Notes under the pieces: model-generated
The model's input: only the letters and a program-made list of their open reading frames with translations
Databases searched by the model: none
What the model was told of the DNA's origin: nothing
Part shown: positions 10,709 through 20,224 of the stretch, piece after piece
Layout: every line of letters starts with the position of its first letter
Position numbering within the stretch: position 1 is the first letter of the stretch
NCBI GenBank assembly: GCA_050290185.1
Contig: JBNKHE010000006.1
Coordinates: 1 to 64,000, forward strand
DNA: 64,000 nt
Origin: Pontiella sp.
GTDB lineage: Bacteria > Verrucomicrobiota > Kiritimatiellia > Kiritimatiellales > Pontiellaceae
Direction: 5' to 3'
Program-made: the position numbers and the translations under genes

Positions 10709-11518
10709 TTATTCCGCCATTTCCGTTCCATACACCTCGAACTGCGTCAATGCAGGAAAAGGCGACGGTTCATCGGATTTGATCAATTGCTCCAGACGGA
10801 TCCAGCTAACGGTCCGCTTGTCGAAAGCGATCTCCTGCCCAGCCCCGGTTTTGATGAGATCGCACGTCATGGTTTCATTATCTGAGAACCGCAGTGTTAC
10901 CTGCTTCCACCAGTTGTCGTGGGGAAAATCCGCACGCAGGTAGAGAACCACCTTGTCGATGCAGACCTCGCGGCCGAATTCGATGGTGATTTCGGCGTCA
11001 TCGCGACGGTTGATGCCCCACGAGTGGTAGGGCCACTCGCCGTGCGAGCGGTTTTCCTTCACACCATCGATGACGTTCCGCGCCGCGAAAACCGCTTCAT
11101 CGCGAGTTTCCACATTGGCATGGGCATGGGGGAAGCAGAAGGTGTTGGTCTGCTGGTCCATGACGTTTAGCGCCAGATTGCGATAGGCCTTGATCTCTTC
11201 GTCGGTAGCCACACGGACGCTAATAAGATGGCGGTTCCCGCTGAAGACCTTGGGCGAATAGCAAATCCGCTTTTCGCCAAAGGGGATGTTGTAGAAAATC
11301 ACGTTGCCGGCCATGTAAACCAACGCGCTGCCCAGCGCATCGTCCACCTGAAGCATCAGAAACCGTCCCTCTTCCGAGGCTTCGAGCACGATGCGGTCGC
11401 CCTCTTGGTATGGTGATGTATAGACCAGGTTGGTCTCGTTTTCTCCGCTGCTGACGCCACCGGTGCTGTCGTCCGCCCGCAAAATCTTGAGTGTAAGCAT
11501 CATTGATTCTTGAGTCAC
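10709..11518 (-). CDS. Carbohydrate-binding protein with C-terminal galactose-binding-like (F5/8 type C-like) domain
   Basis: FAARNVIDG...HGEWPYHSWG...ITIEFGREV..DKVVLYLRADFPHD; GTG start with GAGGAG SD. Confidence 0.65.
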   Translation of the reverse strand: MTQESMMLTLKILRADDSTGGVSSGENETNLVYTSPYQEGDRIVLEASEEGRFLMLQVDDALGSALVYMAGNVIFYNIPFGEKRICYSPKVFSGNRHLISVRVATDEEIKAYRNLALNVMDQQTNTFCFPHAHANVETRDEAVFAARNVIDGVKENRSHGEWPYHSWGINRRDDAEITIEFGREVCIDKVVLYLRADFPHDNWWKQVTLRFSDNETMTCDLIKTGAGQEIAFDKRTVSWIRLEQLIKSDEPSPFPALTQFEVYGTEMAE

Positions 11519-11534
11519 GTTTCTCTCCTCCTCG

Positions 11535-12761
11535 TTACCAGAAAAACACATCGTCGCGTTTCAACTTGAACAGCGCTTCCATGTAGTAGTAGTCACCATA
11601 GATCATGGTGGTATGGTGATCGCCATTGTGGTAGGCCCCTGAACAGTTTTCTAGGAAGCTATCCTTGGCTTCGCTATAGTCGCAACGCGTTGCATCCAAC
11701 GCTTTCAGCATCTTGAGGGCGGCGTTCAGATACATGACCTTTTCGTCCCCCTCCACCCGCTTGGCCAGTTCGATCAGGCCGCACGAAGCAACGGCCGCCG
11801 CGATGGAATCTTCCAATGCGGGCTCGGCCGGCTGCTTGAAATCAACCGGAATGATTCCACTCACGGGGATGTTGGCGACAAAATAATCGGCCACCCGTTT
11901 TGCGGTATCCAGGTATTCCTGCTTGCCGGTATGGATAAAGCTCATCACGAAACCGTACAAGGCCCAGGTCTGTCCACGCGTCCAGGACGAACCCTCGGCA
12001 TAGCCCTGCCCGCGGTACGCCCTGACCTTGCCGCCCACTTCGGGATCGAACTCGACAATATGTTCGCTGGATCCATCGGGGCGGATGAAGCTATCCATCA
12101 CAGTATCGGCATGCATCATGGCGATGTGCTTGAAGCGCGGGTCCTTGGTTTCCTCCCACGCCCAGTAGAGCAGCGGAATGTTGAACATGCAGTCGATGAT
12201 CGCCCAGCCGCGGGTATCCTGTCCGTCGGGTAGGTCGTCCCAGGCCCGGATGAAGCGACCAACGGGATTGAAACGGCCCGCCAACAGATTGGCCGCATGC
12301 AGACTGCGGCGGCGAGCATCGGCGTTGCCGGTCAGGCGATAGTCGGCCACGGCCGTGGTCAGCCACATGAAGCCCACATCGTGGTGTAGCCCGTAGAACG
12401 TATTGAAACACTCGTCCAGCCACTCTTCGGACTTGCGGGCTATCTGAGCATATTTCTCTTCGCCCGTCTCGTTGTACATGAGCCAGAGCATCCCCCCCCA
12501 GAAGCCGTTCGTCCACCATTGCAGGCCGTCGTCGACACGATAGTCGCCCACCCGCTTGTCGTCGTGAACCCCATCGACCGTCTTATAGGGAATCTTGTCG
12601 GCCGACTTTTCGCTCAGCCACGACATTTTACCCGTCACCTTTGCGATAGCTTCCTGCAACCAAACACGATCTTCCGCCATCAGTAGATCACCTGTTCCGT
12701 TCATGCCTTTTGTCTCCTGCGGGTTGGCCTCAACACAATTGGAGGTCCTTGTAGTACTCAT
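11535..12761 (-). CDS. GH88 unsaturated glucuronyl hydrolase
   Basis: WTNGFWGG, HDVGF, IRAW, IIDCMFNIPLL, QGY..GSSWTRGQTWALYGF, YGDYYYMEAL motifs. Confidence 0.92.
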   Translation of the reverse strand: MSTTRTSNCVEANPQETKGMNGTGDLLMAEDRVWLQEAIAKVTGKMSWLSEKSADKIPYKTVDGVHDDKRVGDYRVDDGLQWWTNGFWGGMLWLMYNETGEEKYAQIARKSEEWLDECFNTFYGLHHDVGFMWLTTAVADYRLTGNADARRRSLHAANLLAGRFNPVGRFIRAWDDLPDGQDTRGWAIIDCMFNIPLLYWAWEETKDPRFKHIAMMHADTVMDSFIRPDGSSEHIVEFDPEVGGKVRAYRGQGYAEGSSWTRGQTWALYGFVMSFIHTGKQEYLDTAKRVADYFVANIPVSGIIPVDFKQPAEPALEDSIAAAVASCGLIELAKRVEGDEKVMYLNAALKMLKALDATRCDYSEAKDSFLENCSGAYHNGDHHTTMIYGDYYYMEALFKLKRDDVFFW

Positions 12762-12832
12762 CTAATCGTTCCTCGTTCGGTCCAATGCACCACCGGGGTG
12801 GAGTCATTGCTTTCCATGAATTCGTCTACCGC

Positions 12833-14623
12833 TTAAACCGGTGCCCGCTCACCGTGCTCGATTTTCGCCCTGATTTTTTTGGCGATGGCCCGGAGAATAA
12901 ATCCAGCCAACGCAATGATGCCGCCCACCAGGAGGATCATCAGGCGGTCATTCGTCGCGTTGGGAACCAGCAGTAGAAGCAGAACGAAACCGCCATAGAC
13001 CAGGCACAGCGTGCCGAGCACGTTGTACTGGCGCGCATCGTTGTCGTAGGACGGGCCGTGTTCCTCTTCGGTATTGACCGGCGTGTTCATTTCTTCGAAG
13101 AACTCGTCGACCTGCTTGGCGTATGCGGACCCTTCCACATGCTTGTAGAACAGCATGGTCATGAAGAACCAGCCGGTGCAGACCGTCGCCAGCACGCCGG
13201 TGGTGATCGCGATATTGAGGTCGTCAAATTCCTGCCCCGTAAAGGGGGTTTGCGGGTGGAACACCGCCGTGATGAAATCGTGGTTCACATTGAACCGGAT
13301 CAATAAGGCAAAGATAAATCCGATGACCATCGTGCTCCAACCGGCCCATGCGGGCGTGCGCTTCACGAACATGCCGAAAAAGAGCGGAATGGCTGCGGGC
13401 AGGCCGATCGAGGCGGCGCAGATGAGAATGAGGTCGAACAGCTTGAGCCCCGGATAGTTCACAAAGATCAACGCGACCAAAATCCACAAGACCCCGTACA
13501 CCAGTGTAAACAGCCGACCGACCAGAATCTGTCGCAACTCGGAGGCTTGTTTGTCGATGATCCGGATGTAGAAGTTACGCACAAATGTTCCGGAAACCAC
13601 ATTCAAGCCGCTGTTGAGCGAGGTCATACTGGCGGCAAAGATGGCGCAGACCATCAGACCGAGCAACCCCTTGGGCAGCAGGTCGATCGCCATGGCCACG
13701 TAGGCCGCCTCGTTCGGATTGTTCAGCGCCGGATAATGCTCGGCGAGATTCGGGAAAATAATCGTGGCCGTAATAGCCGGAATCAGCCAGATCGGCGACA
13801 GGAACAGGAATCCGACGATGGAGATCAGTACCGATTTTTTCGCATCCTTTCCGTCCTTCACGAACACATACTTTGCCGCCCCGTCCAACATGCTGTTGTT
13901 CTGCATGACCTGGTTCAACATCAACGTGATGGCAAATACAACAATGACCCACGGACGGTCGAACAGCGTCCAGTCCAGATGTTTCGCGGGAAGCTTCTCG
14001 ATCAGATGGGTTGGCCCGCCGACATCCGGATGCCAGAGGCACAGGGCCGCCATCAGAATGGTAATCGTCAGCACGATCAGCATCTGGACAAAGTCGCCGG
14101 CCGTCGCCGCCCAGGAGCCCCCCACCAGTGTCATGACAATCGCCGTGATCCCCAGCCCGATGATAATCAGTCGTTGGTCGACTTGGAACACCCCGTACAT
14201 AAATACGGAAATCGCATACAGGCTGATCCCGCCGAACAGAACACGGAAGATCAGCGGAAGCCACGTGAAAATCTGCTCGTTGGTGTTGCAATAGCGCTTT
14301 CGCACGGCTTCGATGGCCGTCACCACGCGCATCTGACGAAACCGCGGTGCCGTCACGAAATAGGTAAAGAACAGCCCGATAAAATTGCAGAGGAAAAGCA
14401 ATAAAAAGAAGGTCCCCGTCTCGTAGGCTTTGGCCGCGCCGCCAGTGAACGACCACGCCGAAAAGGTCGTCATGAAGGTCGAGGCACCGACCACCCACCA
14501 GAGCATGCCGCCGCCGCCGCGGAAATAGTCGCTGGCCGTCTTGCTGAAGCTCTTGTATACCGGCCCGAGCGCCAGCATGAACACCAGGTAGAACCCGATT
14601 ACCATGTAGTCATAAATTGTCAT
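12833..14623 (-). CDS. Sodium:solute symporter (SSS family)
   Basis: DYFRGGG, FSAWSFTG, LLPKGLLGLMVCAIFAASM; many TM segments; start at MTIYDY. Confidence 0.9.
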   Translation of the reverse strand: MTIYDYMVIGFYLVFMLALGPVYKSFSKTASDYFRGGGGMLWWVVGASTFMTTFSAWSFTGGAAKAYETGTFFLLLFLCNFIGLFFTYFVTAPRFRQMRVVTAIEAVRKRYCNTNEQIFTWLPLIFRVLFGGISLYAISVFMYGVFQVDQRLIIIGLGITAIVMTLVGGSWAATAGDFVQMLIVLTITILMAALCLWHPDVGGPTHLIEKLPAKHLDWTLFDRPWVIVVFAITLMLNQVMQNNSMLDGAAKYVFVKDGKDAKKSVLISIVGFLFLSPIWLIPAITATIIFPNLAEHYPALNNPNEAAYVAMAIDLLPKGLLGLMVCAIFAASMTSLNSGLNVVSGTFVRNFYIRIIDKQASELRQILVGRLFTLVYGVLWILVALIFVNYPGLKLFDLILICAASIGLPAAIPLFFGMFVKRTPAWAGWSTMVIGFIFALLIRFNVNHDFITAVFHPQTPFTGQEFDDLNIAITTGVLATVCTGWFFMTMLFYKHVEGSAYAKQVDEFFEEMNTPVNTEEEHGPSYDNDARQYNVLGTLCLVYGGFVLLLLLVPNATNDRLMILLVGGIIALAGFILRAIAKKIRAKIEHGERAPV

Positions 14624-15022
14624 TACTTTCCCCTTTTTTGCCCGCCTGATTGCACCATGCAACCCGTTGGCTCCACGACACAGGCCATTGAATGCCTGTT
14701 CTTTGCACAAAAGTAACGTAAACTTATATCGGAAGATAGGGCACAAACACAAGCCCACCCCGTCCGGACACGCCTACTATTCAAGTTACATTGTAAACAA
14801 AGGCATAAAATCGGGCCGCACGAGCCGGAAAAAGGAGTTTCCAGCCGCTCCGCCAAGGGGTTGCGTCCAGCCAGAAGCCTTTCGGTCCGGCAGGTCCGGA
14901 CGAGTTGATTACCGGAGCAGGTTGACCGCCATCGGTGATGGATATAAAAATCCTCCGAGCTGAAACTGACAGGCGGTGTTCCCCTATTATCGCCCGATTG
15001 ATCACTCGTAATGGAGACTGAT

Positions 15023-15058
15023 AAAAAAAACGCGGCCACGTTTATCACGTGACCGCGT
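15023..15058 (-). terminator. Intrinsic terminator downstream of araA
   Basis: Minus strand ACGCGGTCACGT-GATAA-ACGTGGCCGCG followed by T8. Confidence 0.85.
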
Positions 15059-15089
15059 CGCCTCTTTAGAATGCGTTATCCGCGGAGAC

Positions 15090-16559
15090 CTATTTGTAAG
15101 CCACTTCGCCAAGGCGAAGCTCATTCTTGAAGCTGCGTAGCTTGGTGTCGGCATCGATGACCACCAGCTCGATATCCGCCATTTCGCAGAAGGCTTCAAT
15201 GTGACGGGTGTCCACCTGCTGCGTGTAGACCGTGTGGTGTGCACCGCCGGCGAGGATCCAGGCTGCCGCACCTACCTTGAGGCTGGGCTGCGGCTCCCAG
15301 AGCACGCGGGCCACCGGCAACTTCGGCAGGTCGTTTTCCATATCAACGGCTTCGACTTCATTGACGATCATGCGGAAGCGGTTGCCCATGTCGATCGGCG
15401 ACACGTTGATCGCCGGACCAGCCGGGGAATTGAATACCAGTCGCGCAGGATCGTCCTTGCCACCGATTCCCAGCGGATGCGTTTCGAGCGAAGGCTTGCC
15501 GGCCGCGATAGACGGGCAAACTTCGAGCATGTGCGAACCGAGCACCTTGTTGCCGGCCGGGTCGAAGTGATACGTGTAGTCCTCCATGAAAGAGGTCCCG
15601 CCTTCGAGCCCTTCCCCCATGACCTTCATGATGCGGGTCATGGCGGCGGTTTTCCAGTCGCCTTCGGCGCCGAAGCCGTAGCCATCGGCCATCAGGCGCT
15701 GTACGGCAAGGCCGGGCAACTGCTTGAAACCGTGCAGGTTTTCAAAGGTGGTGGTGAAGGCCTTGAACCCTCCTTCTTCGAGGAAGGTGCGCATGCCGAT
15801 TTCAATACGGGCCTGTTCGCGAACGTTTTCGGTCAGGGCATCGCCATGGGTATCGTAGAGCTCGGCATATTCGGCCATAACGGCGTCGACCTGTTCTTCG
15901 GTTACCTTGTCAACATAGATCTTCAGATCGCCCATGCCGTAACCGTTGACCTGGTAGCCAAACTTAATCTGTGCTTCAACCTTGTCGCCTTCGGTCACAG
16001 CCACCTGGCGCATGTTGTCGCCAAAACGGGCGACCTTCAGGTTCTGGGACTCATGCCAGCCGAGGGCCGCACGGGTCCAGACACCGAGCTCGTCGCGGAC
16101 TTCCGGGTCTTCCCAGTGACCAACCACGATGCCGCGGTTTTTGCGCAGACGGGTGCAGATGAAACCAAACTCGCGGCCACCGTGGGCAGACTGGTTCAGG
16201 TTCATGAAGTCCATGTCGATTTCGGACCACGGAATATCGCGGCCGAACTGCGTGTGCATATGAACAAACGGCTTCTTCAGGGTGGTCAATCCCTTGATCC
16301 ACATTTTGGACGGACTGAAGGTATGCATCCATGTGATGAGGCCGATGCAGTTTTCTTCCGCATTGGCGTCGCGGCACATTTCATACACTTCGTCGGGCGT
16401 CTTAACGGTCGGCTTCCAGACCACGTTGACGGGAATGGTTGCATCGACGTTGAGCGCCTCGGCAATTTGCTTCGCGTCGGCGGCTACCTGCTCGAGCGTC
16501 TTGGGCCCGTAGAGGTGCTGGCTACCGGTCACGAACCAGAGTTCCAGTTTTTTACTCAT
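15090..16559 (-). CDS. araA: L-arabinose isomerase
   Basis: [59 protein letters not shown]. Confidence 0.98.
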   Translation of the reverse strand: MSKKLELWFVTGSQHLYGPKTLEQVAADAKQIAEALNVDATIPVNVVWKPTVKTPDEVYEMCRDANAEENCIGLITWMHTFSPSKMWIKGLTTLKKPFVHMHTQFGRDIPWSEIDMDFMNLNQSAHGGREFGFICTRLRKNRGIVVGHWEDPEVRDELGVWTRAALGWHESQNLKVARFGDNMRQVAVTEGDKVEAQIKFGYQVNGYGMGDLKIYVDKVTEEQVDAVMAEYAELYDTHGDALTENVREQARIEIGMRTFLEEGGFKAFTTTFENLHGFKQLPGLAVQRLMADGYGFGAEGDWKTAAMTRIMKVMGEGLEGGTSFMEDYTYHFDPAGNKVLGSHMLEVCPSIAAGKPSLETHPLGIGGKDDPARLVFNSPAGPAINVSPIDMGNRFRMIVNEVEAVDMENDLPKLPVARVLWEPQPSLKVGAAAWILAGGAHHTVYTQQVDTRHIEAFCEMADIELVVIDADTKLRSFKNELRLGEVAYK

Positions 16560-16596
16560 CAGAATTACTCCTTATTTAACAATGTTGTATTTGTGA

Positions 16597-16629
16597 TCAA
16601 AAGACAGTCCGTTCACAAGGAACGGACTG
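16597..16629 (-). terminator. Intra-operon hairpin between galM and araA (weak terminator or mRNA-stabilising stem)
   Basis: CAGTCCGTTC/GAACGGACTG perfect 10-bp stem followed by TCTTTT on the minus strand. Confidence 0.5.
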
Positions 16630-16638
16630 CTTGCGTAA

Positions 16639-17739
16639 TTATTTCGTGCTGAACTTGTAGATGGTGGTCGTATCGTACTTTTCGCCCGGACGCAGAATAA
16701 CGCTCGGCCAACCTTCTTCACCTTCGTGATTCGGACTGTCGGGGCTATGCTGGGTTTCCAGGCACAGACCGCTGCGGTGCGTATACGCCTTACCGGACTT
16801 GCCGATCAGGCGACCGTCCAGGAAGTTTCCGCCGTAAAACTGGATGGCCGGTTCTACGGTGATCACTTCCAGCACGCGTCCACTCTTCGGCTCGTACAGG
16901 GTTGCGGCCAGTTCCATCCCGTCGCCCTTGCGATCCAGTACCCAGTTATGGTCGTAACCGGGACCATACGCGATCTGCTGGTTGTCAGCATCGACATCCT
17001 TGCCGATTGCCTTCGACTGGCGGAAATCGAACGGAGTACCGGCCACATCGGCAAACTCTCCGGTCGGGATCAGGCCGGCATCTACCGGCGTGGTCTTGGA
17101 ACCGTTGATCTGCAGGATGTGTCCGTTGATGGAACCACTGCCTTCGCCCGCGAGATTGAAGTAGGTGTGGTTGGTCACATTGACTACCGTCGCCTTGTCG
17201 GTCGTGGCCTCGTAATGCATCACGATTTCATTGTCGTCGGTCAGCGTATAGGTCACGCTGAGCTTGAGGTTGCCGGGATAGCCTTCTTCGCCGTCCTTGG
17301 CCAGATAGCTCAGCTTGACTCCGTTTTCAACCGGTTCGGCCGTCCACACAACCTTGTCGAAGCCCATGTTGCCGCCATGCAGATGGTTTTCGCCATTGTT
17401 GGTGTTGAGTTCATATTCCGTTCCGTCGATCGAGAACGTGCCCTTGGCGATACGGTTGCCGTAGCGGCCCACCACCGCCCCAAAGTAGGGACGATCGATC
17501 GCATTGACGTAGCCTTCGATATTGTCGTAGCCCAGCGCCACATCGGCCATGTTGCCTTCGCGATCGGGTACAACAATCGATGTGATGGTGGCACCGTAGT
17601 TGGTGATCTTCACAACCATGCCGTTCTTGTTCTTCAAGGTATACGACTTGATCGAATCAAAGTCGGACACATCGACACTTGCCGTGGTGCAGCCCGCGAG
17701 GGCCGCACATGCGACGATTGAAAGTAATGTTTTCTTCAT
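16639..17739 (-). CDS. galM: Aldose 1-epimerase (mutarotase), predicted lipoprotein
   Basis: GRYGNRI, NHLHGG, NVTNHTYFNL, GYDHNW, CLETQH; N-terminus MKKTLLSIVACAALAGC with lipobox. Confidence 0.93.
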   Translation of the reverse strand: MKKTLLSIVACAALAGCTTASVDVSDFDSIKSYTLKNKNGMVVKITNYGATITSIVVPDREGNMADVALGYDNIEGYVNAIDRPYFGAVVGRYGNRIAKGTFSIDGTEYELNTNNGENHLHGGNMGFDKVVWTAEPVENGVKLSYLAKDGEEGYPGNLKLSVTYTLTDDNEIVMHYEATTDKATVVNVTNHTYFNLAGEGSGSINGHILQINGSKTTPVDAGLIPTGEFADVAGTPFDFRQSKAIGKDVDADNQQIAYGPGYDHNWVLDRKGDGMELAATLYEPKSGRVLEVITVEPAIQFYGGNFLDGRLIGKSGKAYTHRSGLCLETQHSPDSPNHEGEEGWPSVILRPGEKYDTTTIYKFSTK

Positions 17740-17758
17740 GATGATTTCCTTTCGTTGA

Positions 17759-19483
17759 TTACCAGAAGTACCAGTAGAAGACGCCCGTGATGGCCAGGAT
17801 GATGCCGGTGTGGACCAGATCCATGGCATTCCAGCTCTGACGCGTCGCCGCCTTCTGCTCATCGCTTTCGGTACCGAATACCAACCCCTTGATCTTATCG
17901 GGATCCGGCGCTTCGGTGGCCATACTGACGATGGCAACAACCAGCATGCAGAAGATCAGCATGCCGCCCGAGAAGAAGAGCCAGTTTACATCGAAGAACA
18001 GTGTTTTGAACCAGCTGCCAGCGCTGTCTACACCGACCGTGGTGTAGTATACCTTCGCGCCCAGACGGGTCAGACCGACGATCATGCCGGAAAGCAGCCC
18101 CCACATACCGCCCTTCGCGGAAGCACGCTTCCACAATACACCCAGCAGGAAGGCCGATGCGATACCTGGAGCCAGTACGGACTGCACATCCTGCAGGTAG
18201 GTGTAGAGTACGTCGCCGACGCTCTTCATGATCGGAATCCAGAGAATGCCGAGAATCACGATAACGACGGTCGCAATACGTCCAACACGCACCAGATGGT
18301 GCTGCGATGCGTCCGGCTTGAACTTCTGGTAGAAGTCGATGGTGAAAAGCATGGCCGACGAGTTGAACAGCGACGCCAGCGAGCTCATCAGGGCCGCCAA
18401 AATACCGCAGACCACCAAGCCCTTGACCCCGGCCGGCAGCAACGTTGCGACCAAGGTCGGGAAGGCCGCATCCGCATTCGCGTTGCCATTGTCAAGCAAG
18501 GGCAGGAACGAACCGGTCTTCTGGTGGATCGCAAATGCGATCATGCCCGGAACCAGGAACAGGAAGACCGGCGTAAGCTTCAGATAAGCGCCGAAGATGG
18601 CACCGCGGCGTGCCTGCTGCTCGTCACGGCCGGAAAGCACACGCTGGACAATGAACTGGTCGGTGCACCAGTACCAGAAACCGATTACGGAAGATCCGAT
18701 CAGCACGCCGAGCCATGGGAAATCCTTATCGCTGTTGCTTCGGATCAGATTGCCCATGCTGTCGCCGTACTCATTGACCGGCGTGGCACGAACTACATCC
18801 ATCATCGCATTCCAGCCCCCCAGTTCCTTCAGACCAAGAGCCACAATAATCAGTGAACCAAGCAGCAGAATCGGAGTTTGAAGGACGGAGGTGTACAGCA
18901 CGGACTTCATGCCGCCCAAAACCGTGTAGAGCGCGGTTATCAATACCAGGCCGATGGCCGAAATCCAGAAAAAGTCGATTCCCCACAGCGTATCGATGCC
19001 GAACACCTGCTGGAAGACCAAACCGCCGGCATACACCGTAACGGCCACCTTGGTGAGCACGTAGCTGATCAGCGAGATCAGTGATAAGATCGTACGCGAT
19101 TGAGGATTATAGCGTCTTTCCAGGAACTCCGGCATGGTGAGCACCATGCTTCTGGAATAGAACGGAACAAAGGCCCAACCCAGAATCAGGATCATCCAGC
19201 CCTGGATTTCCCAGTGTGCCATGGCCATTCCGCTCGAAGCGCCGGCACCCGCCAGACCAATCAAGTGCTCCGAACCAATGTTCGATGCGAAAATCGATGC
19301 CCCGATAGCCAGCCAACCCGCACCGCGGCCCGCCAGGAAGTAGTCCTGAGAGTCCTCTTCCTTCTGCATGGTTACCCACACGATAATCCCGACCAAAGCA
19401 AGTGCAAAGACTGCTACTACGCCCCAGTCCAATCCTGTAAATGCGGCCGCTGCCACAACGCCCGTTGGTAGTAATGTTGCCAT
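17759..19483 (-). CDS. Sodium:sugar symporter (SGLT-like SSS), probable L-arabinose transporter
   Basis: DYFLAGR, ASNIGSEHLIGLAG, WYWCTDQFIVQRVL; located inside the ara operon. Confidence 0.92.
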   Translation of the reverse strand: MATLLPTGVVAAAAFTGLDWGVVAVFALALVGIIVWVTMQKEEDSQDYFLAGRGAGWLAIGASIFASNIGSEHLIGLAGAGASSGMAMAHWEIQGWMILILGWAFVPFYSRSMVLTMPEFLERRYNPQSRTILSLISLISYVLTKVAVTVYAGGLVFQQVFGIDTLWGIDFFWISAIGLVLITALYTVLGGMKSVLYTSVLQTPILLLGSLIIVALGLKELGGWNAMMDVVRATPVNEYGDSMGNLIRSNSDKDFPWLGVLIGSSVIGFWYWCTDQFIVQRVLSGRDEQQARRGAIFGAYLKLTPVFLFLVPGMIAFAIHQKTGSFLPLLDNGNANADAAFPTLVATLLPAGVKGLVVCGILAALMSSLASLFNSSAMLFTIDFYQKFKPDASQHHLVRVGRIATVVIVILGILWIPIMKSVGDVLYTYLQDVQSVLAPGIASAFLLGVLWKRASAKGGMWGLLSGMIVGLTRLGAKVYYTTVGVDSAGSWFKTLFFDVNWLFFSGGMLIFCMLVVAIVSMATEAPDPDKIKGLVFGTESDEQKAATRQSWNAMDLVHTGIILAITGVFYWYFW

Positions 19484-19497
19484 TCACCCTCTCCTAG

Positions 19498-20199
19498 TTA
19501 TTTTTGCCCATAGTAGGCATTCGCTCCGTGCTTCCGGAGATAATGCTTATCCATCAAATACTGATCCACCGCGCCGATGCTTGGTTCAAGCCCCAGCGTA
19601 ATGGACGCCATCCTGGCCACCTCCTCCAGGATGCGGCCATTTACCACCGCCTTCATGGCGTTGGCTCCCCACGTGAACGGTGCATGGCTGGAAACCAGCA
19701 CGCCCGGAAGCTCTAAAGCCTTCAGCCCGTTCTTTTCAAAATGTTCGGCAATCACCTTGCCGGTGTGCAATTCGTACTCGTTCTCAATCTCCCCCTGCGT
19801 CAGGGGACGCGTGCAGGGTACAGACCCGTAGAACGTATCCGCATGGGTTGTTCCGAGGCAAGGAATTTCGCGGTGAGCCTGCGCCCAGGCCGTGGCATAG
19901 GTGGAGTGTGTGTGAACCACCCCGCCGATATCCTCGAACACCCGGTAGAGATGCCAGTGCGTGGCGGTATCGGACGACGGATTCATCTTCCCTTCGACCT
20001 TTTCGCCCGTCTCAAGCGAAATGATCGGAATGTCGTCCGGTGTCATTTCATCGTAATCAACGCCGCTGGGCTTGATGGCGAAAACGCCGGCCTCGCGGTC
20101 GACTTCGCTGGCGTTGCCCCAGGTCAGGATCGCCAACTGCACGCGGTTGATTTCCTTGTTCGCCGCGCAAACGCGCGCTTTCAGTTCTTCATGTGCCAT
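19498..20199 (-). CDS. araD: L-ribulose-5-phosphate 4-epimerase
   Basis: TWGNAS, IKPSGVDY, PSSDTATH, HTHS, TTHAD, HAPFTWG, KHGANAYYGQ. Confidence 0.96.
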   Translation of the reverse strand: MAHEELKARVCAANKEINRVQLAILTWGNASEVDREAGVFAIKPSGVDYDEMTPDDIPIISLETGEKVEGKMNPSSDTATHWHLYRVFEDIGGVVHTHSTYATAWAQAHREIPCLGTTHADTFYGSVPCTRPLTQGEIENEYELHTGKVIAEHFEKNGLKALELPGVLVSSHAPFTWGANAMKAVVNGRILEEVARMASITLGLEPSIGAVDQYLMDKHYLRKHGANAYYGQK

Positions 20200-20224
20200 G
20201 CTGAGTACCTTCTTTCGGAGAGCT

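Noticed and set aside
14860..14960. SRP RNA-like CAGGTCCGGA motif
   Set aside because: Lacks the following AGGAAGCAGC consensus and the long enclosing stem
15201..16652. 483-aa ORF antisense to araA (likewise 35830-37218, 43041-44117, 46641-47837, 24775-25779)
   Set aside because: Shadow frames of well-supported GC-rich genes, with no recognisable motifs
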